Source of the DNA: Phyllobates terribilis
Taxonomy: Eukaryota
Length of the DNA stretch: 64,000 bases
Reading direction: 5' to 3'
Assembly: GCF_046119375.1 (NCBI RefSeq)
Contig: NW_027362763.1
Location: forward strand, 271,746,001 to 271,810,000
Numbering within the stretch: the first letter of the stretch is position 1; each line of letters starts with the position of its first letter. Of the stretch, positions 44,200 to 57,329 are shown in pieces. A program made the position numbers and the translations under genes. The notes below the pieces were generated by a model, which was not told where the DNA came from, made no database searches, and was given only the letters and a program-made list of their open reading frames with translations.

Positions 44200-44960
44200 T
44201 TAACTCCTTCCTGACAGGGCAATTTTCAGTTTTTGCCCTTTTGTTTTTTCTGCACCCTTTTTTAAGAGTAATAATATTTATGTTTATATTAATGCAGTCA
44301 TTAAAAAATTTGCATGTGTTGCATTTTCGGAGACCATAATGATTTCATTTTTCCATTAATGGAAATATATGAGGTCTCTATTTTGTGCATGGTGAGCTGA
44401 CATTTTTATTGATATCATTTTGGGGTGGATGCGATGTTTTGATTTCTTCTCTTAGCATTTTTTTGTGCTGTTTGCGGTGAGAGAAAAAAAAACCCTGCGA
44501 TTTTGGCATGTCTATTTTTTTTCTCATTACGCCATTTACAAATCAGATTATTTAATTTTACCAATATAGCCAGACCAAAGATATTTTTTATCTTTACTAT
44601 TTCTTTATTTTAATGAGAAAAAGCAAGGGTGATTCCAATATGAATTTGTATATATTTTTTAATTTTTCTTCGTAGTTAAAGCAATTAGAAATTAGAACCT
44701 GCAGTCACTCTTTTGAAGTTCACCTGCAGGAAGTGATTCACAGGAGGACCAAGAATGCAGCTATGGGACCTTCAGCAGGGTTCTGGCTTCTAATATAACC
44801 CATTGGTTCCTCGCGATCATGTTTCAGAGTGTTGGTGGAAGCCGGTGACCATGTGCATCGGCGATTGTGCCAATTAAGTCTCATTGTTAGATATCAACAG
44901 AAACAATAGAGTGATTAAACTATTGCTATTGAAGCCCACTAAATATTACAGCTGGCATCT
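44200..44960 (+). mobile_element. Old non-autonomous TTAA-type (piggyBac-like) repeat remnant
   Basis: Starts TTAA|CTCCTTCCTGAC; T-rich body similar in style to the reverse complement of 51900-52600. Right end not found. Confidence 0.4.
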
Positions 44961-46964
44961 GTCTGGTATAAAGTGTACTCATCTCCTGAATCAATGCTAT
45001 ACACGGGCTTGGAAGCACAAGAGAGGACACCCTGAATTAGCTTTTCCTATGTAAGCAGGTACAATGCACTTAAGCCCCTTGTGGAGCAATTTTCCGCTAA
45101 GTGCTTAAATGTTGATGGAACAGGAAGAAATAGAGGATTAGGTCAAGCTTTACTTAGCCTAATCGATGGACAAATTGAAGAGTGTCTTTACCAACAACAT
45201 TTTTAGGAAAAACTGTTTTTGCAACATTCTCCTGGGCATTTTTTGCAATGTGTTTTGCAGTAAAAAGAGATGTTGCCTAATATTAGCCGGTAGTCAATAG
45301 GGAAATATGAAATGGAAAATAAATATTGTTTCATGCAAAGTTTTTTTAAAATATATTTTACCTTTTTGCAGTTATTTTTTCACGTGTTTTCCATAGAAAT
45401 ATCTGCAAAAAAACAGTGAATGACAAAAAATGGCACAAAAATCATTTGATATTGATCATATACCATTGACATATATTTATTTATAGGAGATATGAGAAAT
45501 TGTTATTACGAGAGGTGTAATGAAGTCTTACAAGTAGAAATCAGAAGATTGATTCATGGAGTATCGAGTTGGAGTTCAATTCCCTGAATTTCATGGTTTC
45601 ACACAAATTCAAATAATTTGCAATTTGGTTAAAAAAATAGCCTGCCCGCCATCTTGGTGAACCGTAAAGGGCTGTCAAATGGTAGAGAAAAAAGCAAACA
45701 AAGAATAATACCTCATCGTCCACATTTTCAGAAGCCCTGCAGCTCATTGCCCGGTTGCCCGCTCTCCAGTTCTTAGGGACTCTTCTCTCAGCCATCATGC
45801 ACTTCATGCATCTGTTCTTTGTGACAGACTGTGACTTCTGGCACAGAACAGGCCTTTTATGGATAGTGAGCAACAAGGCAGTCTGTGAGTCGTGAGGTGA
45901 GTATTAGTCTTTTTTTTTACATCTTAGGTTTACTATACTTTGGGGTCTGGAGAGAATAATTCTTTGAATAACTTTGAATTTCTCAGGGAAATTTGCACAA
46001 GTTGGCAAATTTTATTTTAAATGATCCACTCATCACTATTTACTACCCTCCCTGGGTTATATCTCCATATAGGAAGCTGATTCAAAAGAATTTTAAAAGT
46101 AGTACATTTTTGAAGTGCATTATTATTGTTGCTGAGAAGGCTTCTGGAAAAGGTAGAAGTAAGGTACAAAGCTTTAATAAAATGCCTCTCTCCTATATCC
46201 AGCGATGGATATCGCAGTCTTCATTTTGCGCTGAAGCTCTATGTTGAACTTCTCTCCCTTGGTAATTCGCACACTGATGATGGTCTAATATAGAATGAAA
46301 CATTTGTGTTTTGTTTTGAATTGTTAATCTGCAAATTAAAAAATCTCCTCTCTATTTTGAGTGCCAAATTTTTTATACTCCAAAATTAAGGGACAGGATT
46401 CTACTTTGGCGCCGGACGGTCAAAAGTGCTGTGGTTCTTTTCTATTTAATAAATTCCGAAGACATCCAGCAGTAAAATGCTTAAGGTTTAAAGTAAACAA
46501 GGGGAAGGTCTGGGTTAAAATAATGACTTGACAAAGTAAGGTTAAGAAAAATTATTTATTTTAATGTTCAATGAGGTGAAAAACGTCTAAGAAATGTTGC
46601 ATTAGGGGGCTTAAGGAGCAATGATTGTTACTTGGTGTAACCTGCAAGAAGAAATCTATTGGAAGCAGGGATTAATTTATGATTTTTAGGTTCCATGTCA
46701 GTGGCTCCTGAAAAATGGGATCTGGCTTCCTTTTCAGCAGTTCAAGGCGTTGTAAGAAGGCTTGATATTTTTGTGAGAGAAGTTGACAGTGCAGAAAATA
46801 AGAATTAGAGAAAAAAGTGGAGAGAAAGGAAAAATTTAGCAGAAATACTTAGAAGATAAAAAATTAAAAGAAAAATCAGTAGAAGTAAAAAAAAGGTTGT
46901 ATAAAAAATTAAAGTGATGTTCACTAACCTACCTTTAAAGCTATTCAGAGCTAACTATTCTTTT

Positions 46965-47500
46965 ATTTGTGCAAAAGAAAAATGGACATCACTAACACTG
47001 TGATGTACACTCCCCTAATGCGCTAGCTATAGAGTTACTCAGCGCTAACAATTCTTTTTTTTCTTTTCAAAAGAAAAATGAACATCACTAACACTGTGAC
47101 GTACACTCCCCTAACTAATGCGCTAGCTATAAAGTTACTTGGCGCTAACTATTCTTTTTTTCTTTCTTGCAAAAGAAAAACAGACGCCACTAACACTGCG
47201 AGGTATGCTCCCCTAATGTTCTAGCTATAAAGTTACTTGGCGCTAACTATTTTTTTTTTTGTGCAAAAGAAAAACGGACATCACTAGCATTGCGACACAC
47301 GCTCACCTAATGCACTAGCTTTAAAGTTACTTGGCGCTAACTATTATTTTTTATGTGCAAAAGAAAAACGGACATCATTAACACTGTTATGTCCATTCCC
47401 CTAATGTGATCTCTCCCTACCTATAAAGCTACTCTGTACTAACTACTATTATTTTTTTTATACAAGAAAAGCAGACGTCACTTACACTGCAATGTCCACT
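46965..47500. repeat. About 95-100-bp tandem repeat, 5-6 degenerate copies
   Basis: GCAAAAGAAAAA..GACATCACTAACACTG..CTCCCCTAATG..CTAGCTATA.AGTTACT..GCGCTAAC recurs near 46971, 47067, 47169, 47263 and 47357. Confidence 0.8.
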
Positions 47501-49854
47501 AATCTGCCTAGAGCAAAAAAATAACAAAAAGCCCCTTGGGGCAGATTCTTATCAGCAGTGACACTGATTAAAGCGCTGCGGACACGGGAAGAGTACGAAT
47601 GCTCAGCACAGGATGCTACACACACGTAAAAGGCGCAAAAAAGTGTGCCAAAAATACAATTGGGAAGTTGGGGATTGGAAGTGGGGTGATTGGGGAGAGA
47701 ACTGGAACAGTGATTTGGGAGCTGCTGTTGCTGTGTTCAAAGTTCGGTCAAGGTTTGCTCTGTGCTGCTACTATATCACAGCAAAATGAAAATGAATGGT
47801 GTCATAGTGCAAACCCAAAGGTACTCTGACTGTGACAACCAAGTCACAAAAAAAAAACAGACAGGGTTGGACTTTTCGTTACTTGTTGCAGTCGCAGTAG
47901 CCATGGGGTCACACATGAGACTCCATTTGCATGTATGACATTGAGATGTAGCAGCGGCACTGAGTGGATCTTGGTCGCTCAACAGATGTCGTAACCAAAG
48001 CCGCCTTGCTTCCTAAGCTTATCCAGGTATTTTTTATCCTAAACACCAGATTTCTTATATTTGATATTATAGATTTTATGTTTTACTACTATATAAAAAC
48101 TGTTGTTTTTGCTATAAATACAAAATAGTGTCCATATTTACAATGGATGATAAATAAATTAGATAAATTGCCAGTTATTTTGATGTTCTGGATGAGGAAG
48201 TTCAGGTTACATCTACAATGGCAGAAACTCTTTGTCTAAGGTGAGCAAGGTGAAAAGTGTCATCTACATTAAAGAATGTTAATCAGTACAAGATCTAAAA
48301 ATGCCTTTCTTACAGTTTAAGGTGACTTCTTTTGAAAGGAGTCCAGAGTAAAGGTCAAAGAAATGCAAATGACTTAACTTATTGAGATGAGCTGACTGCA
48401 CATTATATATTCCATCCGGTGGATGAGGTGTTAGAAGGGTCATATAAATTCTTCCAAAGCCAATTTTACTCTGTGCAGGTTGTGATCTAGGGACAAATCA
48501 AACCCAATAAGATGCAAAGTGCTTTAAATGATATAATCAATCACTGCGCAGGCAAGCGAAGAGAACATTTTATAAGAAGTGAAGTTTTGCGGAAATTTCT
48601 TAAAGTTCTATCTAGTTAAGTATACTAGTAACTTAGCAACCATAGTTTATTTAAAAAAATCTGAAAATTTGTTATAGCTTCAAAATATGTGAGAGCTCAA
48701 TTATATAGTATATACTATGTGGATCCTTAGACAGATCCATGCTAAAAAAAATATAGTAGGTAATAGATGTACTGTAAATTAGCAAAATGATCATTAAATG
48801 CAGCAGACTCAATGTTGTAAGACTGGCTGCAATGCATGTACTTTGGTGGCCCCCAATTTCTTATATTCTTATTCTATTCTTATTATTATATTTCTATATT
48901 GAGTTAACACTGCATTTTCCGCCATGGATATTACAGCACAGGGCCCTTGGAAAGGGCAAAATCCACATAGAAAATCTGACAGATCTGCAGCAGAATTGAC
49001 ATGTTGCCGATTAATAAAACCCACAGGATGTACTCAGTTTCACACAGATTTTTTTTCTGCTGTACATGGACAGGTTTTTAACACCCAATCCACATGTATT
49101 GTAAATTGCTATGTATTTGCAGTAAAAATCTGCAACAATTAATCAAAAAGACATTATGTTTATTTTCTTTGTTTGTTTCATTTTGGCTAAAAACTAATAA
49201 ATTAATGGGAAAAATAACTGGACCCTGTAATATGATGATCATAAATTGGGTAGTTTGTACTACTTAAAAGACAAATATATATATATATAATGGGCCGAAT
49301 TTCTAGTTCATGCTGTCCTAGACACTTTTAGTGCTGCCTCCCCCTTTTGGTGAATATGACTAATGCTGACCATACAGTTTACATTGCTGTTAGTCAAAGT
49401 CTAGTTACACCAATGGCTATCGCTCCAGATGTTCTTCTACCCAAGCCCATTAAGCCGAGTGTGCAAAGGTTTTTAGTAAGGAAAAAGAAATCAGCTGCTG
49501 CCAGATACTGTTGGCAGTGACATATCACACCTCTCCATTAGTTGTCATAGGAGAATCTTGTGACTGTCATACACAGTAGATGGTCAGTTGATCCTGTTGT
49601 GAATGCAACGTTTGGCTGACAGATATTTAAAAGGAACCGGTCAGTCAATTCATGCAACCAAAGCCATGGGCAACATCAATCAGACAGCAGACAGGTATGT
49701 TTGTCTCTGAAACGCTCTGACATTTCAGAGAGATCAGTTTGAAGAGCTGGACTATAGGGAGAGAAATGACTAATCTGGTGCGATCCTCTGCGGTCTTCTC
49801 CCTGCATGTCTTTAGCTGATTGACAGAAGCTCAATTAAAGGAAAACTACTTAAA

Positions 49855-50190
49855 AAGGGTTTCCTACAGGTTGTCCACTACTTTAACGTTGATGACCTAT
49901 CTTTAGGATTGGTCATGAATGTCTGATAGGTGGTGACATCCAATCAGCCGTTCAGTGTGTCGAGGGTGGCTGGAACTGCTCAGTTAAGGAGCTGCTCTAT
50001 TTACTGTTTAGTGGCCATTGCTGGCTATTGCACATTCGCCCCCTATTGTTTTGAATAGTGGGTGGATGTGCAGTACCTGGCTCCAGTCATTAAACAGTAG
50101 ATGAAGCAGCTCCATAACTGTGCACTTACAGCGATCGCCGACACAGTGAACGGCTGATCGGGTGTCACATCCCCACTGATCAGAAATTAA
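49855..50190. mobile_element. Decayed MITE-like repeat (TTAAAGG-type ends)
   Basis: Left arm GGTTGTCCACTACTTTAACGTTGATGACCTATC; internal palindromic CCCCTATTG..GAATAG; right arm TGATCGGGTGTCACATCCCCACTGATCAG. Confidence 0.4.
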
Positions 50191-50199
50191 TATCCGTGA

Positions 50200-50745
50200 A
50201 AAAAATGGATAGCACTTGTATGTGAAAAATGGAGGTATGAATGAGAACAAACTCACAGAGACATGTCCGTTTATAAGTCGGTATCACGGATGACAAGGGC
50301 CAATTGAAGTCTGTGGGTCGGTGAAAAACACATAAAGCACATGGATGGCATCTGTGTGTCATCCGTGTGCTTTATGTGTTTAACATCGCAAAGGAGAGGA
50401 GACGTTTTGTCATTTACAGTATGTACTGTATGTATTTATTTAATTATCCATCCATGAAAAACATTGATGACACCCTGATGGTAAAAAAAGACACACGGAT
50501 TACACTTTGATGGCACAAATGGACAAACTGAAGACACATTGATGGTAAAAACGGACACACGATGACACACTGATGGTAAACACAGACACATGGATAACAC
50601 ACTGATGGTAAAAAAGGACACACGGATGACACACCGGTGGTAAAAACGGACACAGCAGTGGTACACAGATTCAAAACACTGATTACACTAGTATCAATTT
50701 TCCAATTTTTCATATGTTTAAGCATGGATGTGTGAATGAGGCCTT
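50200..50745. repeat. MITE-like repeat with an internal about 33-bp tandem (TGATGGTAAAAA.GGACACACGGATGACACAC)
   Basis: About 6 degenerate copies at 50460-50690. Terminal GTGTGAATGAGGCCTTA resembles common TAAGGC-type MITE ends. Confidence 0.5.
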
Positions 50746-50804
50746 ACCCAAAGTGAAGTGAAGGGCCTTAACTTATTCTTCCATGGATGGATCTATGTGA
50801 AGGC

Positions 50805-51249
50805 TTAGTAACATAGCAACGCAGGTTGAATACAGACCTAGGTCCATCAAGTTCAACCTTTCTTCCCCAGTTGTGCTCCCTACACTAACACTACACTAAC
50901 TTACTAACTTACTGGGGCTGGGCCTCACAAATGTATTATTATTACCATTTTAATTTTTGCTGCACTATTAAAATTAAAAATGTACCCATTTATAATTATA
51001 ATTTTAGCTTTTGAATTACACTTGTGATTCTAATAATGATATTACTAAAATCCCTATGCCTAAAACTGTTGATCCAGAAGAAGGCAAAAACCCCAGGACA
51101 CATTCAGCCAATTTAGGGAAAAATTCCTTCTTGACCCCGAGAAAAGGCGATCAGTCCTAGGACCCTGAATCAAACCTAATTATGATACTAGTTATGTAAT
51201 TACTATTACCGTAGCAAATGTACTACTATAGGTGTAACATTTTGTCAAT
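50805..51249 (-). mobile_element. CR1 LINE 3' UTR (separated from its ORF2 by the 51254-55295 insertion)
   Basis: The minus strand reads TTGATTCAGGG..CTGATCGCC..GTCAAGAAGGAATTTTTCCC..TTTTTGCCTTCTTCTGGATCAAC and GGTTGAACTTGATGGAC..TTCAACC..CTATGTTACT, which I recognise as a CR1-type 3' UTR and tail. Confidence 0.7.
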
Positions 51250-52715
51250 TTAACCCCTTTACAGCCAATGACATATTAATACGCGTCAGTGCCCTGGGCT
51301 TTAAGAGCCTGACCCGTATTAGTACGTCATAGCGATCGCGCACGCACACAGGCTGTGCGGGCGCGATCGCCACCGGGTGTCAGCTGATTGTCACAGCTGA
51401 CACCCGGTACTATGTGCAGGGAGTGGTCCCGCACCGCTCCCGGCACATTAACCCCCGAAATGCTGCGATCAAAGTCGATCGCAGCATTGCGGTGGCAAGG
51501 GGAGGTGATTGGTATACTCACCTCCTCTTCCGGCCTCCAGCGCTGTCTGCCGCAGCTTCCCGGGTGTTGCCATGATGACCCGATGTCGTCATGACAACAT
51601 CCGGGTCACCAGGCAGCAGGAACATTGTTTGGTCATGCGCAGTGCACGACCACACAATATTCTCACTGTGCAGCGCTGACTGCCTGCATAGCACAAGGAT
51701 GGTGCTCCATCCCTATGCTGTGCAGGCGATCAGAATAAAAAAAGTTAAAGTCCCAGAGTGGGACAAAGTAAAAGAGTGTAAAAACTCTCAGAAATTGAAA
51801 AAAAAAAAATTGTAAAAATATTTAAAAAAAAATATAAAAAATAATCCACCAAAAATAAAAATATAATGTACCCATCAATAAATATTATTATGAAAAAAAA
51901 GAAAACAAACAGTAAAAGTACACATATTTGGTATAGCCGCGTCCGGAATGACCTGACCTATAAAAATGTCCCTCTAGTTAACCCCTTCAGTGAACACGGT
52001 AAAAAAAAAAAAAAAAAAACAAGGGACAAAACAATGCTTTATCATCATACTGCCAAACAAAAAATGGAATAACATGCGATCAAAAAGAGAAATATAGATT
52101 AAAATGGTACCGCTGAAAACATCATCTTGTCCCGCAAAAAACACGCTGCCATACAGCTCCATCATCCAAAAAATCAAAAAGTTATAGCTCTCAGAATAAA
52201 GCAATGAAAAAAATTTTTTTTTTCTATAAAATAGCTTTTATTGTGTAAAAGCGTCAAAACATAGAAAAACAATATAAATGTGGTACTGTTGTAAACATAC
52301 TAACCCAAAGAATAAAGTTACCTTATCAATTTTACCACACGCAGAACAGAATAAAAAAAAAAAAAAACAATTCCTGAATTGTTGTTTTTTGTTTATTCTG
52401 CCTCCCAAAAATCGGAATAGAAAGCGATCAAAAAATATCACGTGCCTGAAAATGGCACCAATAAAAACGTCAACTCATCCCGCAAAAAACAAGCCATCAC
52501 ATGACTCTGTCTGCCAAAATATGGAAAAATTATAGCTCTTAAAATATGGCGATGCAAAAGCTAGATTTTACAAAAAATGCATCTTTTAGTGTGTGACAGC
52601 TGTCAATCATAAAAACCCCATATGATTCTGGTATCACTGTAATCGCACTGACCCGAAGAATAAAGTAATCTCATCACTTATACCACACGAGGAATGGCGT
52701 AAAAAATAAACTCTC

Positions 52716-52820
52716 GGGTTAGGGTTGTGCTAGGGTTAGGGTTGTTCTAGGGTTAGGGTTGTGCTAGGGTTAGGGTTGGGCTAGGGTTAGGGTTGGGCTA
52801 GGGTTAGGATTGGGGTTGGG
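52716..52820 (+). repeat. Telomere-like (TTAGGG-derived) array: five 17-bp units GGGTTAGGGTTG(T/G)(G/T)CTA plus a partial unit
   Basis: Units start at 52716, 52733, 52750, 52767 and 52784. Confidence 0.92.
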
Positions 52821-52862
52821 ATTTTTTTCAAAAGTAAGAAAAAAAGATGACGATATGGCGAC

Positions 52863-53163
52863 TAGTGTTGAGCGCAAGTGCTCGCTTCTTTAGTTTGCAT
52901 CAGGTGCTCTGGTATGCATTGAGTATCGTGGGTATTTGAGTGACATGCTCGAGTCTCCGCCCCATATGCTTCACGGCCAAAAAAACTTTGCGGGGATTGC
53001 CTGCCATGCACGAGCGATCCCTGCATGTTTTTTTGGGGGTGTCTAATAACCGTGAAACATGCGAGGCCGGGACTCGAGCATGTCATTCGAGCACACGCAG
53101 TACATGGTGCATATCTGAGTACCTGATGCAAACTCAAGTAGCGAGCACTTGCGCTCAAGACTA
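52863..53163. mobile_element. 301-bp hAT MITE
   Basis: TIRs TAGTGTTGAGCGCAAGTGCTCGCT and AGCGAGCACTTGCGCTCAAGACTA. Decayed 8-bp TSD ATGGCGAC versus ATGACAAC (6/8). Confidence 0.85.
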
Positions 53164-53254
53164 ATGACAACTTATTCAATATGATGACCAAATGTTATCA
53201 AATTCCCTGTCGTACTTCTGGGTTCAAAATGTTCACTATACCCCTTGATAAAAT

Positions 53255-54460
53255 CCTTGAGGGGTCTAGTTTCCAAAATGGGGTCACTTGTGGGGGGTTT
53301 CCACTGTTTAGGCACACAGGGGCTCTCCAAACACGACATGGTGTCCGCTAACAAATTGAATGGAAAATCGGCTCAAATTGTTAGCGGACACCATGCTGCG
53401 TTTGGAGAGCCCCTGTGTGCCTAAACATTGGAGCTCCCCCACAAGTGACCCCATTTTGGAAACTAGACCCCCCAAGGCACCTATCTAGATGCATAGTGAG
53501 CACTTGGAACCCCCAGGTGCTTCACAAATTGATTCGTAAAAATGAAAAAGTGGAAAAAAAATACTTTTTAATTTTTACGAATCAATTTGTGAAGCACCTA
53601 GCGGTTCCAAGTGCTCAATATGCATCTAGATAGGTGCCTTGGGGGGTATAGTTTCCAAAATGGGGTCACTTATGGGGGAACTCCAATGTTTAGACACACA
53701 GGGGCTCTCCAAACGCGACATGGTTACAATTTGTTAGTGGACACCATGTCACGTTTGGAGAGCCCCTGTGTGCCTAAACATTGGAGCTCCCCCACAAGTG
53801 ACCCCTTTTTGGAAACTAGACCCCCCAAGGCACCGATCTAGATGCATAGTGAGCACTTGGAACCCCCAGGTGCTTCACAAATTGATTCGTAAAAATGAAA
53901 AAGTGGGAAAAAAAACACTTTTTTATTTTTGCGGATTAATTTGTGAAGCACCTGGGGGTTCCAAGTGCTCACTATGCATCTAGATAGGTGCCTTGGGGGG
54001 TCTAGTTTCCAAAATGGGGTCACTTGTGGGCGAGCTCCAATGTTTAGGCACACAGGGGCTCTCCAAACGCAACATGGTGTCCGCTAACAATTTGAACCGA
54101 TTTTCCATTCAATTTGTTAGCGGACACCATGTCGCGTTTGGAGAGCCCCTGTGTGCCTAAACAGTGGAAACCCCCCACAAGTGACCCCATTTTGGAAACT
54201 AGACCCCCAAGGCACCTATCTAGGTGCATAGTGAGCACTTGGAACCCCCAGGTGCTTCACAAATTGATTCGTAAAAATGAAAAACTGGAAAAAAAAATAC
54301 TTTTTCATTTTTACGGATTAATTTGTGAAGCACCTGGGGGTTCAAAATGCTCAGCACCCATCTAGATAAGTTACCAGGGGGGTCTAGTTTCCAAAATGGG
54401 GTCACTTGTGGGGGGTTTCCACTGTTTAGGCACATCAGGGGCTCTCCAAACGCAACATGG
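53255..54460. repeat. Tandem array of about 350-bp palindromic units (head-to-head/tail-to-tail monomers), about 3.5 units
   Basis: GGGGTCTAGTTTCCAAAATGGGGTCACTTGTGG and its reverse complement CCACAAGTGACCCCATTTTGGAAACTAGACCCC alternate. Near-identical ORFs at 53415+ and 53768+ (period 353) have mirror images at 53838- and 54220-. Confidence 0.9.
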
Positions 54461-55295
54461 CGTCCGCTAATTATTCAAGCAAATTTTACAATCGAAAATT
54501 CAAATGGCGCTCCTTCCCTTCCGAGCCCTGCCGTGAGCCCAAACAGTAGTTTTTCCCCACATATGGGGTATCTGCGTGCCCAGGGGAAATTGCACAACAA
54601 ATTTTGGGGTCCATTTTCTCCTGTTACCCCTGCGAAAATAAAAAAAATTGTGTCTAAATTAACATTTTTGTGAAAAAAGTAAAATGTTCATTTTTTAATT
54701 CCACATTCCAAAAATTCCTGTGAAGCACCTGAAGCGTTAATAAAGTTCTTGAATGTGGTTTTGAGCACCTTGAGGGGTGCAGTTTTTAGAAAGGTGTCAC
54801 TTTTGGGTATTTTCTGTCATAAAGACCTCTCAAAGTGACTTCAAATGTGATGTGGTCCCTAGAAAAATGGTTTTGTAAATTTTGTTGGAAAAATGAGAAA
54901 TCGCTGGTCAACTTTTAACCCTTCTAGCTCCATAACAAAATAAAATGTTGGTTCCAAAATTGTGCTGATGTAAAGTAAACATGTGGGAAATGTTATTTAT
55001 TAACTATTTTGTGTGACATATCTCTCTGATTTAAGGGCATAAAAATTCAAATTTTGAAAATTGCAAAATTTTAAATTTTTTTGCCAAATTTCCATTTTTT
55101 TTCACAAATAAACACAAGTGATATCGAAGAAATTTTACCACAATCATGAAGTACAATATGTCATGAAAAATTAATCTCAGAATCAGGGGGATCCGTTGAA
55201 GCATTCCAGAGTAATTACTCATAAAGTGACAGTGGTCAGAATTGTAAAAATTGGCCTGGTCATTAACGTGCAAACCACCTTGGGTCGTAAAGGGG

Positions 55296-55922
55296 TAGCC
55301 CACAATGTTATGTGTATCGAGGAAATCATTCAGCCCTTTTTTGAAAGCTGTTATAGTGTCGGCCATCACTACCTCTTGTGGTAGGGCATTCCACTTTCTG
55401 ACTGCTCTAACTGTAAACAACCCTTTCCTGTTTAGGTGCCGGAATCGCCTTTCTTACACCTGTAATGAGTGCCCCCTGGTCCTTAGTATGGTCTTTGGAA
55501 GGAATAAATCATGTGCTAGTCCTTTGTACAGACCACACATATATTTATACATGTAAATTAGATCCCCTCTGAGGCGTCGTTTTTGTAAGCTAAACAAGCT
55601 CAACTTTTTCAACCTCTCCTCATATGAGAGGCCTTCCATCCCTTACGTTGGGATCATTGGCCTTTATTTCTCTTTTTATACATCCTAAAATCTTATTTGC
55701 TTTTGAGACTGCTATTTGACATTGAGTGCTGCTGCTCAGCTTACTTGTAACCAGAATACCCAAGTCCTTCTGCTGTTCTGTAGTACCGAGTATACTCCCA
55801 TTTAATGTATATGCAGCAATAGGATTACTCCGTCCTAGGTGCATTACTCTACATTTATCTACATTAAACCTCATCTGCCAAGCGTTTGCCCATTCAGTCA
55901 TCTTATCCAGATCATTCTGCAA
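55296..55922 (-). mobile_element. CR1 LINE ORF2 C-terminal fragment with an internal deletion
   Basis: QNDLDKMTEWANAWQMRFNVDKCRVMHLG, KDLGILV, KANKILGCIKR joined to GLSYEERLKKLSLFSLQKRRLRGDLI, RTRGHSL, FTVRAVRKWNALPQEVV..HNIVGY. Confidence 0.92.
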
Positions 55923-57329
55923 TATTGTAATGTAACCAACAAGAAAAACCGAGTAAGGAAGATCAAGATAAAACAGGGTAGATTAAAAAACCTTTAATGA
56001 ATCATGGTTAGGCCAGTGGGTGGCACTGCAGAGACAGGCGCTCACACAAAAAAATATAAACAAGTGAAAATTATGATAAACCATTGTACAATTCTCATGG
56101 ACATAAGGACAATCAATCAAGTACATAGCATGACACATACAAAAGCATATAGAGTTGGTAAGTCATAAATGGCTTCACTGAACTGGAAAAAGTGCCTTAG
56201 TGCAGTCAATAAATAGTGAAAGTGCCATGCATAATTATAAACACTAAGCCTGATAGTGCCAGCAGTATATGCCAAAAGAATTTCCAATTTGTGAAGTATC
56301 TATTCACAATATGGTAAATATGCAATGTGCCAAATGGAAATATATACATCCGGCATCTGCATCACGTGTGCGCCGTATCAGGTCATGTGACCCGATGACG
56401 TGCGCCTACGTATAGACACAGGCGCCGGAGGGCCTCTGGATCCATAACAACTTGCGCACCAGTCCAAACAGCATAAGGGCGGAACTAGCCAGATGTTCAT
56501 ACTGGAAAAGGGCACATGGACCAATAGTGGTCTATATTGGACAAAATAAAGTACATACACTTATCAGAGCATAGATATAAGGGCATCTAATAATATACTG
56601 GATGTAATATACTGGATGTATAGACCAATCTTAAATATCATACGTGTGGTCCATATTTGATACCTCATGCCTCCACATATCCGTACATGACTAATGTTGA
56701 GCGAGCATGCTTGACACTGCTCGGTACTTGTCCGAGCATTTCACTACCCGGGATGTTCGGCGAGCACCGAGCATTTTCGGGTTACTCAGGCGGGAGCTCG
56801 GGTCTCCACCCTGCATGCTTGGCGCTCTTTACAGAGCCAATGAACATGCAGGGATTGCCAGCCAGTCACTGTAATGCCGCAGCCATGTTGGTTGTGGGCA
56901 TTACAGGGATTGGCTGGCCGCACAGCGTCACCTCGAGTATTTAAAACCGGGCACTGCCATCTTGGACACAGTTGTTCCGGATCAGACAGTGTAGGAAGAG
57001 TGCTGCTGAGCTAGGGAGAGATTTATACTGCGAAATAGGTAGTGTAGGGTCTCTAATGCCTGTAAAATCAAACAGACAGTCCTTTTGAGGACTAATATCC
57101 ATCCCAGATATCAGGCAGGCAGGCAGGTTGTATAGGAGACGCAGTGGTTATACCAACAAACACAGTCCTGTGTGATGCTGCTGCTCAAATTGCTAGACTA
57201 AGGGTCTCAGGGGCCAGGAAAAATGCTTTTTTTTTCATCTAAATCATTTTCTTTTTTTTTTTTCCTCAGTCAGACTAGACAAATACCCGTCTTATTAACC
57301 TTTTGGTATCCCCCCCCAAAAAAAAAAAA

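Larger units (their letters stand above)
51254..55295 (+). mobile_element. Non-autonomous piggyBac-like (TTAA) element, about 4 kb
   Basis: TTAA|CCCCTTTACAGCCAATGAC at the left; the right end reverse-complements to CCCCTTTACGACCCAAGG. No transposase. The right TTAA is absent. Confidence 0.7.

Noticed and set aside
46060-46300. Possible host exons (minus: AG|TIISVRITKGEKFNIELQRKMKTAISIAGYRREAFY*; plus: AG|..KLIQKNFKSS..GK|GT)
   Set aside because: Splice-like signals exist, but I cannot assign the peptides to any protein and no neighbouring exons were found. RNA-seq or BLASTx would be needed.
52716-52820. True telomere or chromosome-fusion scar
   Set aside because: Short, one orientation only, regular 17-bp variant unit, and embedded inside a TTAA element.
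55930-56690. Block resembling a Penelope-like 3' region; searched for a hammerhead ribozyme core
   Set aside because: No CTGATGA/GAAA core arrangement and no RT or GIY-YIG coding remnant, so it is left unclassified.
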